The notes under the pieces are model-generated. The model saw nothing but the letters and a program-made list of their open reading frames with translations. It was not told the DNA's origin and did not search any database. Position numbers and translations under genes: made by a program. A DNA stretch of 62,203 nucleotides from Phycisphaerae bacterium (GTDB taxonomy: Bacteria > Planctomycetota > Phycisphaerae > SM23-33). Below are positions 21,341 to 31,200 of the stretch, in pieces (the first letter of the stretch is position 1; each line of letters opens with the position of its first letter). The stretch is from assembly GCA_049975485.1 (NCBI GenBank), contig JBNGDC010000007.1:26153-88355 (forward strand), written 5' to 3'.

Positions 21341-21496
21341 TCAGGAGTTTTCCCTTTGCCCTTTGGCGAATGGGCAGTTGGTTCGTTTTCCGCAGGAGCC
21401 GCAGGTTCCGCGTCCGCGTATGGCGCGGTACAACCGCACGCCGGCGAAGGCCGCGGCGGCCGCCACTATCGCGATTACGATTACCAGGTCCCACAT
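21341..21496 (-). CDS. FeoB-associated Cys-rich small membrane protein (51 aa)
   Basis: Manual translation MWDLVIVIAIVAAAAAFAGVRLYRAIRGRGTCGSCGKRTNCPFAKGQRENS: one TM plus CxxC...C, directly downstream of feoB. Confidence 0.85.
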   Translation of the reverse strand: MWDLVIVIAIVAAAAAFAGVRLYRAIRGRGTCGSCGKRTNCPFAKGQRENS

Positions 21497-21534
21497 GGTC
21501 AAACCATTCTAGCGCATCCGGCGCTAGCCGGCCG

Positions 21535-23727
21535 TCAGGTAAACAGCATGGCCGTCTGGTAGAACGCCGTCGTCACTACCCACGCCAGGACCGTCAGGTA
21601 GCCCCATTGCAGGGCGGCCCACTTCCACGAGCCGCTCTCGCGTATGGTAACCGCGACCGTCGCTATGCACGGCGAGGAGATGAGCACGAACAGCATCATC
21701 GCGAAGCCCTGCACGGGCGTGTAGTCGGCGGCCAGCTTCTGTCGCAGCGACTCGCTTTCCTCGTCGGCCTCGCCTACGGCGTAGATGACGCCCATCTGCC
21801 CGACGAAGACCTCCTTGGCGGCCATCGAACCGACCAGCGCCGTCGTTACCCGCCAGTCAAAACCCGCCGGGCGCATCACCGGCTCCAAACCCTTGCCGAC
21901 CCGCCCGATGGTGGAGTGCTCAAGCTCGGCCTTTCGAAGCTCGTTTTGCAGCTCGTCCACCCGCTGGCCGCGCTGCTGGTCGGGTAGCTCCTCGTTGGCC
22001 TCCACGGCCGCGATCCGGCTCTCGAACTGCTGCTGCGTGGACTCGGGCAACTGCGGCCAGGTCTTCAAGGCCCAGAGCACTATGACTATCGCCAGGATGA
22101 TGGTGCCGGCTTTTTTGAGGTAGTGCCAGGTCGGCTCGGCCATGTGCACCGCCAGGCCCCGTGCGGTCGGCATGCGGTAAGGCGGCAGCTCCATCAGGAA
22201 GGGCGTAACCTCGCCGCGAAACAGCGTGGAGCGCAGGATCTTGACGCATACGATCGCCAGCACCACGCCGATGACGTAGATGGTGAACAGCAGCAGGCCC
22301 TGGTTGGTAATGGGGATGAAGCCGAACAACTCGAAGGTCTCTTCGGGCTTGAAGAACGCCCCGATAATCAGCAGGTACACCGGCAGCCGGGCGCCGCAAC
22401 TCATCAGCGGCAGCACCAGTATCGTCACCAGCCGGTCGCGCCGGCTCTCCAGCACGCGGGTGGCCATAACCGCCGGCACCGTGCAGCCGAAGCCGATAAG
22501 CATGGGTATGAAGCTCTTGCCGTGCAGGCCTATCCTGTGCATCAGGCGGTCCAGCACGTATGCGGCCCGGGGCATATAGCCGCTGTCCTCCAGAATGGCG
22601 ATCGCCATGAACAGCAGCATTATCAGCGGCACGAACGTAATCACCGCGCCGACGCCCTCGATAATGCCGTCGGCTATCAGGCCGGTCAGCAGCTCGCCGG
22701 CGCCGATATCGGTAAGCGTCTCCCTGGCGCCGCCCGCCAGCGCGGCCAGCCCCTCCTCCATGACCCCCACGATCGGATTGCCCAGCCAGAACACCACCTG
22801 GAAGACCACGAACATCAGCACCGCGAAGATCGGCAGCCCCAAGTAGCGGTTGGTCAGAACCGTGTCGAGCTTGTCCGTGAACGCCAGCCGCCCCGCGGTG
22901 CGTCGTGAGACGGCCTCGTGGCAGGCGCCGGCGATGTATCCGTAACGGCGGTCCGCCAGGACCACCTCGGGCGAGTCGCCGACAACGGTCTCTATATGGT
23001 GGCGGATTTTATCGGCCTGCGCGAACAGCTCCCCGGCCGCCTCGCCGCAGAGGTCCCGCAGGCGCTGGTGGGTGCGGTCGTCGCCTTCCAGCAGCTTCAC
23101 GGCGAACCATCTACGGTGCTCCGCGCTGCCGCATCGCCGTGCGACGGCGTCGGCGAGCTGCTCGACGTGCGGTTCCACCTCGTGGCCATAGTGCGGCGGT
23201 CGCTGGCGAGCCACGGCCGACTTGGCGTCGGCGGCCGCCTTGCGTGCTGCTTCCAGCAACTCGGATATACCCTCGCCCTTGGGCGCAACGGTCCTGACGG
23301 CCGGCACGCCCAGAAGCTCGGTAATCATTCCCTCGTCGATGTCCAGCCCGTGCGACTCGGCGATATCCGACATGTTCAGCGCCAGCACCAGCGGGACGCC
23401 CAGCTCCATGAACTGCACCGCGAGGTACAGGTTCCTCTCCAGGTTGGAGGCGTCCACTACACTTACGACCACGTCAACATCGCGCTCCATAACGAAGTCG
23501 CGTGCGACGACCTCCTCCTGACTGTAGGCCGTCAGGGAGTACGTCCCCGGCAGGTCCACCACGCGAGCCGAACCGTCGTCCGTTTGGGCCAGACCCTCGG
23601 CTATCTCCACAGTGACACCCGGATAGTTGCCCACGTGCCGCCGCGAGCCGGTCATCGCGTTGAACAGCGTGGTCTTTCCGGAATTGGGGTTACCCGCCAG
23701 GGCTATCGTCAGCCGATGCTCACTCAT
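21535..23727 (-). CDS. feoB: Ferrous iron transporter B
   Basis: GNPNSGKTT, VGNYPGVTVE, DLPGTYSL, ILEDSGY, GFGCTVPA, MSCGARLPVY and PCIAT. Confidence 0.97.
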   Translation of the reverse strand: MSEHRLTIALAGNPNSGKTTLFNAMTGSRRHVGNYPGVTVEIAEGLAQTDDGSARVVDLPGTYSLTAYSQEEVVARDFVMERDVDVVVSVVDASNLERNLYLAVQFMELGVPLVLALNMSDIAESHGLDIDEGMITELLGVPAVRTVAPKGEGISELLEAARKAAADAKSAVARQRPPHYGHEVEPHVEQLADAVARRCGSAEHRRWFAVKLLEGDDRTHQRLRDLCGEAAGELFAQADKIRHHIETVVGDSPEVVLADRRYGYIAGACHEAVSRRTAGRLAFTDKLDTVLTNRYLGLPIFAVLMFVVFQVVFWLGNPIVGVMEEGLAALAGGARETLTDIGAGELLTGLIADGIIEGVGAVITFVPLIMLLFMAIAILEDSGYMPRAAYVLDRLMHRIGLHGKSFIPMLIGFGCTVPAVMATRVLESRRDRLVTILVLPLMSCGARLPVYLLIIGAFFKPEETFELFGFIPITNQGLLLFTIYVIGVVLAIVCVKILRSTLFRGEVTPFLMELPPYRMPTARGLAVHMAEPTWHYLKKAGTIILAIVIVLWALKTWPQLPESTQQQFESRIAAVEANEELPDQQRGQRVDELQNELRKAELEHSTIGRVGKGLEPVMRPAGFDWRVTTALVGSMAAKEVFVGQMGVIYAVGEADEESESLRQKLAADYTPVQGFAMMLFVLISSPCIATVAVTIRESGSWKWAALQWGYLTVLAWVVTTAFYQTAMLFT

Positions 23728-23739
23728 GGCACGGTCCTT

Positions 23740-24024
23740 CTACACCGGTCGCACGTACACGCGAGCGGCCATGCCGGCGCCGAGCATCAGCCGGGTGCCG
23801 CGAAGGTTGATTATGAGGGGACCGGGCCGGCTCCGGGAGACGACCGTAAAACTCACACCGGGCGTCAGACCCATCTCCGCAAGTCGGAACACAAGCCCCT
23901 TTCCGCCGCGGATCTCGGCCAGCTCCACCTGTGAACCGACCGGCGCCAGTGTCACCGGCATCGGCGGAGCGCCCTGACTGCGGGATCTGGCGTTCTGGGG
24001 CTTTTCTGACGGGTCCGACATCAC
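23740..24024 (-). CDS. feoA: Ferrous iron transport protein A
   Basis: RLAEMGLTPG...GPLIINLRGTRLMLGAGMAARVYV, upstream of feoB. Confidence 0.92.
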   Translation of the reverse strand: MMSDPSEKPQNARSRSQGAPPMPVTLAPVGSQVELAEIRGGKGLVFRLAEMGLTPGVSFTVVSRSRPGPLIINLRGTRLMLGAGMAARVYVRPV

Positions 24025-24545
24025 GCAGACTCCTCATCCAGACGGGCCGAAACCAGCTCGCGGAGACATTCATCGCAATGCTCCCTCTCCAGGCCCACGG
24101 AGCAATAGTGCAGAAAACTCTCTATCCAATCCCTGCCGGCCCGCGGGCAGCGCTCGATGAACTCCGCCAGCAGCCGCAGACGCTCCAGAACGTCACGGTC
24201 CAGTGCGTGCTCCACGCGGCAGGCATTGGAATCGGCCACATCGCCGCTCAGCCCCAGCACATCCGCGAAGAACCGCCGCAGAACGTGATGCCGCCGGCTG
24301 ATTTCCTCGGCCAGCTCCCGACCACGGTCCGTGAGCGTAACCGTCTGGTACGGGTCGTGGTGTACCAGCTTCCGCTCGCCCAGCGCCTTCAGGGCGGCCG
24401 TCACTGAAGACTTGCCCACCCCGAGGCGCTTGGCGATGTCACTGACGCGGGCGACCCGGCCTTGGCGCACCAACACCAGCACCGCCTCCAGATAGTCTTC
24501 CATGGCCGCCGACAGCGGCTTCTCCATGTCCTTCGCCTGTGACAT
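24021..24545 (-). CDS. DtxR/MntR-family metal-dependent transcriptional repressor
   Basis: LSAAMEDYLE, ARVSDIAKRLGVGKSSVT HTH, RRHHVLRRFF and ACRVEH, plus a Cys-containing C-terminal tail. Confidence 0.93.
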   Translation of the reverse strand: MSQAKDMEKPLSAAMEDYLEAVLVLVRQGRVARVSDIAKRLGVGKSSVTAALKALGERKLVHHDPYQTVTLTDRGRELAEEISRRHHVLRRFFADVLGLSGDVADSNACRVEHALDRDVLERLRLLAEFIERCPRAGRDWIESFLHYCSVGLEREHCDECLRELVSARLDEESA

Positions 24546-24610
24546 CCATCCGCCTTCCGGGGCGGCGATACTGCTTTCCAACAAACGTTGAATACGCCGC
24601 TTACGGGACA

Positions 24611-24657
24611 AAGTTCGCCTCTTCGAACATTATGCGCCGTAGTGAACAATGATGCAA
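24611..24657 (-). promoter_or_regulatory. Promoter and candidate DtxR/MntR operator of the feo operon
   Basis: TTGCAT-N17-CATAAT (24657-24629, minus strand), immediately followed by the palindrome GTTCG-N6-CGAAC (24613-24628). Confidence 0.65.
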
Positions 24658-24785
24658 GCGACAAATCCCCCAGAAGACGGGAACGCCTGGAAGATCCACC
24701 GTGACTGCGGCTTACGGACCATCGGTGGGGTGTTTTCTTTTTTGCGGCGGTGCTCCGGCACTGTATAAATGTCTCTGTAATGATC

Positions 24786-26366
24786 ATGCGTAAGTTCGCT
24801 GCTGTTGCCCTGCTGTCGTCAGTAATGACTTCCCCGCCCGTATCGGCCGATGCCCCCGAATCCGCACAACAGCTCTGGCGGGAGTTCTCCAATGCGCCCA
24901 CGCAGCGCCACAGCCACCTGCCGGACTTCTCCTGGGCGGGCTATGGCTACGGCGAGCGCGAGATACCCGAGCCGGATGTGGTCGCCAACGTCCGCGAACA
25001 CGGCGCCGTCGGCGACGGCCAGGCCGACGACACCGAGGCGTTCCGCTCCGCCATCGCCGCCGCCAAGGATGCCGGCGGCGGGGCCGTGCTGGTCCCGCAT
25101 GGCCGCTATCGGCTGACCGGCGTTATCCACCTTGACGCATCAGACATTGTCCTGCGCGGTGAAGGCGTCGGGCGCAGCACCTTGTTCTTCGAGCGTCCGC
25201 TCGAAGATGCGGTGCAGAAGCTTACCGACGGAACGGGACAGTCCCGCTGGTCCTGGAGTGGCGGGTTACTATGGGTCGGCCCGGACAATACCTTCGACGA
25301 CGCCGGCCGCCTGCGCAGCACCGGCGGCTATGAGCGTTGGGGGGACACCGAAGACATAGGCCCGGTCGCCGAAACCGCCGAGCAGGGAGCGTTTGAGATA
25401 ACCTTGGATGAATCGACCGCCGGACGCCTCAGCCCGGGCGATCTTGTGCTCATCAACTACCACGACCCGCCGGACCACTCGCTGCTGGAGTTCATCGGCG
25501 GACACGAGCTGATGAAACAGGCCGATTGGAACCGCCTCGCGGGCACCACTTTCCGCTGGCCTGTGGAGATTGAGACCGTGGAAGGTCGGACAATCACGCT
25601 CCGCAAGCCGCTGCGACTGCCTGTCCGCCGGCAATGGAACGTAAAGCTGACCACGCCGGGCCCGCACATACGGGAGGTCGGCATTGAGCACCTGACCGTG
25701 CTGTTCCCGCGCACTCAACTGGCCTCGCACAACCGCTATCCCGGCTACAACGGCATCTACGTCCAGAAGGCCGTCCACTGCTGGGTCCGCGACGTGCTGA
25801 TAGTCAACGCCGACAACGGCATCCTGACGACCTCGATCGCCAACTGCACGTTCAGCGACTTCACACTCAGCGGGCGCGGGCACCACCACGGAACATACAG
25901 CAAGGACACCCACGACGTACTCTTCGACCTCTTCCGCCTCCAGGCCGAGTCCTACCACGGCATCAACTGCGAGGGGCTGGCCTCGGGTGTGGTGTGGCGG
26001 CGGGGGCGGATAGACCACGGGACCTTCGACTCACACCGGAACATGCCGTTCGACCTGCTTCGCGAGCATATCCGCATCAACAGCCGGGGCCGCCCGGGCG
26101 GGGCAAGCTCGGCCGGGCCTTTCGCCGGGCGACGCGTCGTGCACTGGAACGTGCTCATGACCGGCGGCAGCGCCGATTGGGTCGCCTGCCCCGACTACAT
26201 GCCAAACGGCGCCCTGGTGGGCGTTCGCGGAACGGACATCCGCCGCACCGACCACCCCTGGGCCATGCCTCCCGGCGACAAGGGCTGTATCGTCGTTGAC
26301 CACGGCCGCGTGCCGAACCCGCCTTCGCTCTACGACGCCCAACTTCAGCGGCGACTCCGGCAGTAG
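24786..26366 (+). CDS. Secreted right-handed beta-helix glycan-active protein (pectate lyase superfamily/GH55-like N-terminus)
   Basis: Signal peptide, LPDFSWAGY, VANVREHGAVGDGQADDTEAFRSAI, GGAVLVPHGRY, IVLRGEG and beta-helix repeats. Confidence 0.8.
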   Translation: MRKFAAVALLSSVMTSPPVSADAPESAQQLWREFSNAPTQRHSHLPDFSWAGYGYGEREIPEPDVVANVREHGAVGDGQADDTEAFRSAIAAAKDAGGGAVLVPHGRYRLTGVIHLDASDIVLRGEGVGRSTLFFERPLEDAVQKLTDGTGQSRWSWSGGLLWVGPDNTFDDAGRLRSTGGYERWGDTEDIGPVAETAEQGAFEITLDESTAGRLSPGDLVLINYHDPPDHSLLEFIGGHELMKQADWNRLAGTTFRWPVEIETVEGRTITLRKPLRLPVRRQWNVKLTTPGPHIREVGIEHLTVLFPRTQLASHNRYPGYNGIYVQKAVHCWVRDVLIVNADNGILTTSIANCTFSDFTLSGRGHHHGTYSKDTHDVLFDLFRLQAESYHGINCEGLASGVVWRRGRIDHGTFDSHRNMPFDLLREHIRINSRGRPGGASSAGPFAGRRVVHWNVLMTGGSADWVACPDYMPNGALVGVRGTDIRRTDHPWAMPPGDKGCIVVDHGRVPNPPSLYDAQLQRRLRQ

Positions 26367-26437
26367 CCGGGGCGGTCCTGCTCCGCACACGTTGCTCAAA
26401 GTGTCCGAAGGCGACAGTGACGAATATTGTTCTGTAA

Positions 26438-26481
26438 TCACGAAGTTTATTGTCGTGAATTTCCGATAATTGGTGTATAAT
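26438..26481 (+). promoter_or_regulatory. Candidate operator and -10 box for the Xre-ImmA/PIN pair
   Basis: TCACGA-N9-TCGTGA (26438-26458) and TATAAT (26476-26481) in an AT-rich tract. GGGAGG RBS precedes TTG 26526. Confidence 0.5.
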
Positions 26482-26525
26482 GTTCTGGTTCAACGAAGAT
26501 ATATTCCTCGCACGGGAGGCATACC

Positions 26526-27641
26526 TTGGGCATTTCGGAACGGTTAAGTTACGCTCGTAATCGCATGGGATTGACGCTCTCGCAAGTCAGTGAAATAACA
26601 AGACTTGGGGAGTCATCCCTCTCCGAGTTCGAGAATGCGAAACGTCAGCCGAGTCTGAGTCAGCTCCGTAAGCTTGCGGAAGCATATCAGCGGTCAACCT
26701 CTTTTTTTCTCGAAGAAGGCGATATTCCGCCGGAAACCGTTTTGTGGCGGGAGTGCCCGGACGAAGAACAGAGGCAGATCGAAGCTCGGTTCCTGCGCCT
26801 TTGTGAGCAGTATCACAATCTGGAAGTCTGGACGGAGCAGAAACGCGATGCCGATTTGCCCTTCGCACACAGCAAGGCGCGTGAGTTCAACTATCCGGCT
26901 GCGGAAGCCCTGGCCGACAAAGTACGGCGTGAGCTTGGGCTTGGGGACCACCCGGCCTTGTCGTTGCTGTCGGTGCTGGAAGAAGACTGTGCCGTAAAGA
27001 TTTTTCACCTCCCGTTGAGACCAACGGGGACGGCAGCTTCTACCTTGAGTGAAACGTTCGGGGCTGCGATCCTGTTAAACAGCAATAACGTGCGATGGCG
27101 GCGAAACTTCGACCTTGCTCACGAGCTGTTCCACCTTTTGACGTGGAAAGTATTCCGCACACCTTCGGATGACTCCGATACCTCCTCTTCTGCCGACGAG
27201 CAGGAGGAGAAATGGGCCACATGTTTTGCCAGTAATCTGCTGATGCCCGTTGATGCCGTTCGAAAAGCAGTTGCATCAAAGACCAGGCAGAGCAAGCTTA
27301 GTCTGGACTCGGTCTTTGACATGGCCCGTGAGTTCGACGTATCTACCGAGGCCATGCTTTGGCGATTGCACCATACGCGCAGCATCGTCCCCGATAACGA
27401 CAATACCAAACGCCTGATAGGGACGGTTCAGAAGATGGCTCCAGCGTTTGAAGAACGACAAGATACAGAACCGTCAAAATGGCCTGAGAGGTACGAAAAG
27501 CTTGCATTAAGGGCCTTAAGACATGGCCGCATTTCGATAGGTCGTTTTGCTGAATATCTGGATATATCGCGGCAGAAAGCACTGAAGTATGTCGAGCAGG
27601 AGGTCATGGATGACGAAGAAGTTCCGCTTGCTCCTGCTTGA
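26526..27641 (+). CDS. HTH-Xre + ImmA/IrrE (peptidase M78) fusion protein
   Basis: N-terminal Xre HTH (LTLSQVSE...SSLSEFENAKRQPS), RRNFDLAHELFH (HExxH), EEKWATCFASNLLMP and C-terminal GRISIGRFAEYLDISR. Confidence 0.92.
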   Translation: MGISERLSYARNRMGLTLSQVSEITRLGESSLSEFENAKRQPSLSQLRKLAEAYQRSTSFFLEEGDIPPETVLWRECPDEEQRQIEARFLRLCEQYHNLEVWTEQKRDADLPFAHSKAREFNYPAAEALADKVRRELGLGDHPALSLLSVLEEDCAVKIFHLPLRPTGTAASTLSETFGAAILLNSNNVRWRRNFDLAHELFHLLTWKVFRTPSDDSDTSSSADEQEEKWATCFASNLLMPVDAVRKAVASKTRQSKLSLDSVFDMAREFDVSTEAMLWRLHHTRSIVPDNDNTKRLIGTVQKMAPAFEERQDTEPSKWPERYEKLALRALRHGRISIGRFAEYLDISRQKALKYVEQEVMDDEEVPLAPA

Positions 27642-28143
27642 CGCCTGCGTGGTCATCGAACTCTTCAAGCGGGGAATATGGGAAGACGTTCTCGACCGCT
27701 GTGAGATACATCTCGCTCGTACGGTCGTTGATGAGGCGCACTTCTACGAGGATGACCTGGGCGAGCGCCACTATTTCGACCTGTTGGAATACGAAGCTGA
27801 CGGGAAGATCGCCGTTTTTGACGTACCGCTCACCGAAATCAGAAACTTCCTTTCGCGGTTTGGCCCCTCATACATGGAAAGTCTGCATGACGGCGAAGCC
27901 GAGTCCCTGGCCTATCTGTTCAACTCGTCCGAGCCATGCCTTATTTGCTCGGCTGATAAAATCGTGTACCGTGTTCTCGGCAATACGAATAAAGGGGAGC
28001 AAGGGATATCGCTTCAGGAGATTCTTGAACAAGTTGGCTTGGGGCGAAAACTGTCCAAGCCGTTTGGAAAGCAGTACCGTGAATATTGGACGGGCAAGGG
28101 GATGCAGGAAGGACTTCGGGATCAGGGTTGGCAGGGGCTTTGA
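27610..28143 (+). CDS. PIN-domain protein (putative ribonuclease toxin)
   Basis: LLLLDACVVIELF, LHDGEAESLAYL and ICSADK give the acidic PIN pattern. Overlaps the end of the Xre-ImmA gene. Confidence 0.8.
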   Translation: MTKKFRLLLLDACVVIELFKRGIWEDVLDRCEIHLARTVVDEAHFYEDDLGERHYFDLLEYEADGKIAVFDVPLTEIRNFLSRFGPSYMESLHDGEAESLAYLFNSSEPCLICSADKIVYRVLGNTNKGEQGISLQEILEQVGLGRKLSKPFGKQYREYWTGKGMQEGLRDQGWQGL

Positions 28144-28174
28144 GTAGTGCGGTGCGTAGAATTGCGGCGGGCTG

Positions 28175-28203
28175 TTGTCCCGGCGGCCTGTAGGGGGCAG
28201 AAT
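28175..28203 (+). promoter_or_regulatory. Putative promoter for leaderless addB
   Basis: TTGTCC-N17-CAGAAT-N7-ATG(28211). Confidence 0.45.
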
Positions 28204-28210
28204 AGTCGGC

Positions 28211-31200
28211 ATGGGTGATTCCGCAGAACACCTCGATCTTGCCGGGCGGATTATCTCCTCGTCCGCTGCGGCTGTGCTGCTGCGCGGACCGGCGGCTACC
28301 GGAAAGACCCGGGCGGTGCTGGAATGTTACCGGCGTCTCGACGGCACAGACGGCAAGCCGGCGGCGATGCTGCTGGCTCCGAACGTTCGCGCCTCAGCCC
28401 GGTACCGACGAACGCTGCTTGAGTCGTCGGAGACCGGCGTGCTGGTCTCGCCGCGCGTGCAGACCTTCGCCGCGCTTGCCGACGACGTGCTCGCTGCGAC
28501 GCAACGCGGCGGGCGTTCGCTGTCGGCGTTGCGGCGACACCTGCTGCTGCGGCGGATCGTGCGTCTGCTTGCCTCGGCCGGCGAGCTTGCGGTGCTGGGT
28601 CCGCTGGCGGACACGCCCGGGCTTGTGCCGGCTTTGGAGGCGTCAATCGCGGAGCTTAAGCGGGCGGCGGTCGAGCCGGACGAGCTGGCCCGCGCCGTCC
28701 GGGGTCGCGAGGGCAGGACCGCCGACCTACTGAAGGTTTACACGCGATACCAGCAGGAGCTGCATGACAGCGACACCTACGACCTGGAGGGGCGGATGTG
28801 GCTGGCCCGGGACACGCTGGCGGCCGCCAGGGAGGCCCGCGACGTGGGGCTGGACGGCGTCCGCCTGGTGGCGGCCGACGGGTTCACCGACTTCACACCG
28901 ACGCAGTTGGAGATCCTCTCGCACCTGCTGCGGCTGACCGGGCGTGTCGTGCTGACGCTGCCGGTGGCCGACGACGGCAGAGAGCGATTGTGGCATTGGA
29001 CGAACCGGACGCTGGAGCAGATCCGCCGCACATTCACAGACAGTCTTGAGGAGATCTCCCTGTCGCCGGAGCCGCCGACCGGAGGCCTGCGGGCATTGTG
29101 GGATCGTGGCTTCAACACGCCGGCGGACGACCCGCCGCCGGATGGCGTCAGCGTCATATCGGCGCCGGACACGGACGCGGAGGTGTCCGCGGTAGCCATG
29201 CGAGCCAAGCGTCTGCTGGCCGGTGGGACGCCGGCCGGTCGCATAGCGGTTATCGCGCGTTCGCTGGAGCATTACCGCGAGAGCGTCGAGCGTATTTTCG
29301 CCGCATACGACGTTCCGGTCCGCCCGGCGCCGCGTCCGCTGACAGACGTGCCCATAGTGCGATTTCTGCTGGCGGCGGCCGGGCTGGCGGCAGCGAACTT
29401 CCCCTCCCACGACGTACTGCGGATGATACGCAACAGTTACTTCCGCCCGGAGGCGCTGGGCGACTTCGACGAGACCACCGTCTGTGCCGCCGAGGCCGTC
29501 ATCCGCTACGCCAATATCCTGCAGGGGCGGGAAAGCTACTCGGCTGCCTTCGAGCGGCTGGCCGCAACTGCCGAAAGGGACACGCCCGGCGAGGAACCCG
29601 AGGACGAGGAGGACGTGCCTGCGGCTCGCCTGCCCTACGACGCAACTACGCTTCGCTCGGCGGGGCGGATGCTGGAGGCGCTGTTCGGTCTTGTCGCGCC
29701 GGCGGCCGCCGACGGACAGGCCGTAGATACCGCCGCTCTGGCGACTCTGGCGGAAAAGCTCCGATTGCGGGACGCGGCCTGCGAGGCGGACGACGATGTC
29801 ATCCGTGCCCGGGACATGCTGGCGCTGAATTCGCTGGAGTCGGCGCTGGAGGCGATGGACCCGGCGCCGGCGGACATGACGGAACTTGCCCGGGCGCTGG
29901 GCACCGTCTCGATACCCGCGCCACGGAGCGAGGAAATGGTCGAGGTGCTTGACGCCCTCGACGCACGCCCCATCCGCTACAACCATGTGTTCGTACTCGG
30001 AGCGGCCGAGGGTGACTTCCCCCGCCGCTTCACGGAAAGCTCGCTCATACAGGAATCAGACCGCCTCAGATGGTCGCAGCACGGCGTGCGGCTGGACCAG
30101 CGGGACGAAATCGCCAGGCGCGAGATGCTGCTTTTCTACCTGGCCGCCAGCCGGGCCGACCAGACACTGACCTTCAGCTACCAGGCACCGGACGGTTCGT
30201 CCGAGGGTCTGGGAGTAAGCCCCCTGCTGCTGTCGCTGCTGGAGCCGTTCGGCGGGCTTGAGGCCCTGCGGAACGCCGGAAGGTTCGAGACCGTCCCGCC
30301 GGGCCGCTTCGTACAACCGGATGATGAGTTGTGCAGCCGTCGCGATGCATTGAACGCGGCCGTCGCCGGACTCTTCGGCGCGCGCGAGAATCCATCCGCA
30401 CTGGCGTGGGCGCAGTCGCAGGCGCGCGAATCGCTGACCTCGGTTGCGCGAGGACTGTGGGCGTACGAAAGACGCTGGCAGAACGGTCCGTGCAATGAGT
30501 ACGACGGAAGGGTCACGGACGAGCGGTTGCTCCGGCAACTCCAGCGCCGCTTTGGGCCGGAGGCGGTTTTCTCCGCCAGCCAGCTCAATACCTTCGGTCA
30601 GTGCCCCTGGCTGTTCTTCGCGACGTATCTGCTGGGCCTCGAACCACCTGTCGAGCCACAGCGCCGCCTCGAACCCGTCGGCCGGGGGCTGTTCGTTCAT
30701 TCCGTGCTGCGGCGGACGTTCGAATCTCTGCGCGAGGGTCCCGGCGGGTCGGTGCGGCTTACGGACATCGACGAGCGGCGCATCGAGGAGGCATTGGCCG
30801 CGGCGGTGGAGGAAGAAAGCCGGCGCGTGGAGCGGACCCGGCCGCCGTATCCCGCGCTGTGGCGGCTCCAGCAAAGACAGATGCACCGCGAGATGGCGGA
30901 TTATCTCGCCCGCCTGCGGGAAGCAGACAACGGCGAGGCCGTTCACTTCGAGCTTGGCTTCGGCCTCGACCGCGGGCTGGATGAGTCCGACGCCGCAAGC
31001 ACTTCCGAACCCGCGGAGCTGGACACGCCCGACGGTCCGCTGAAGATACGCGGGAAGATCGACCGCGTGGACCGCGCAGGGACCGAGGGTAAGCCGGTCT
31101 GGATGGTAATCGACTACAAGACCGGTTCACTGCCGTCCGCCAGGGACATCGACGAGGGGCGGAGCATGCAGCTTCCGCTTTACTCGGCGGCCGTGGAAAC

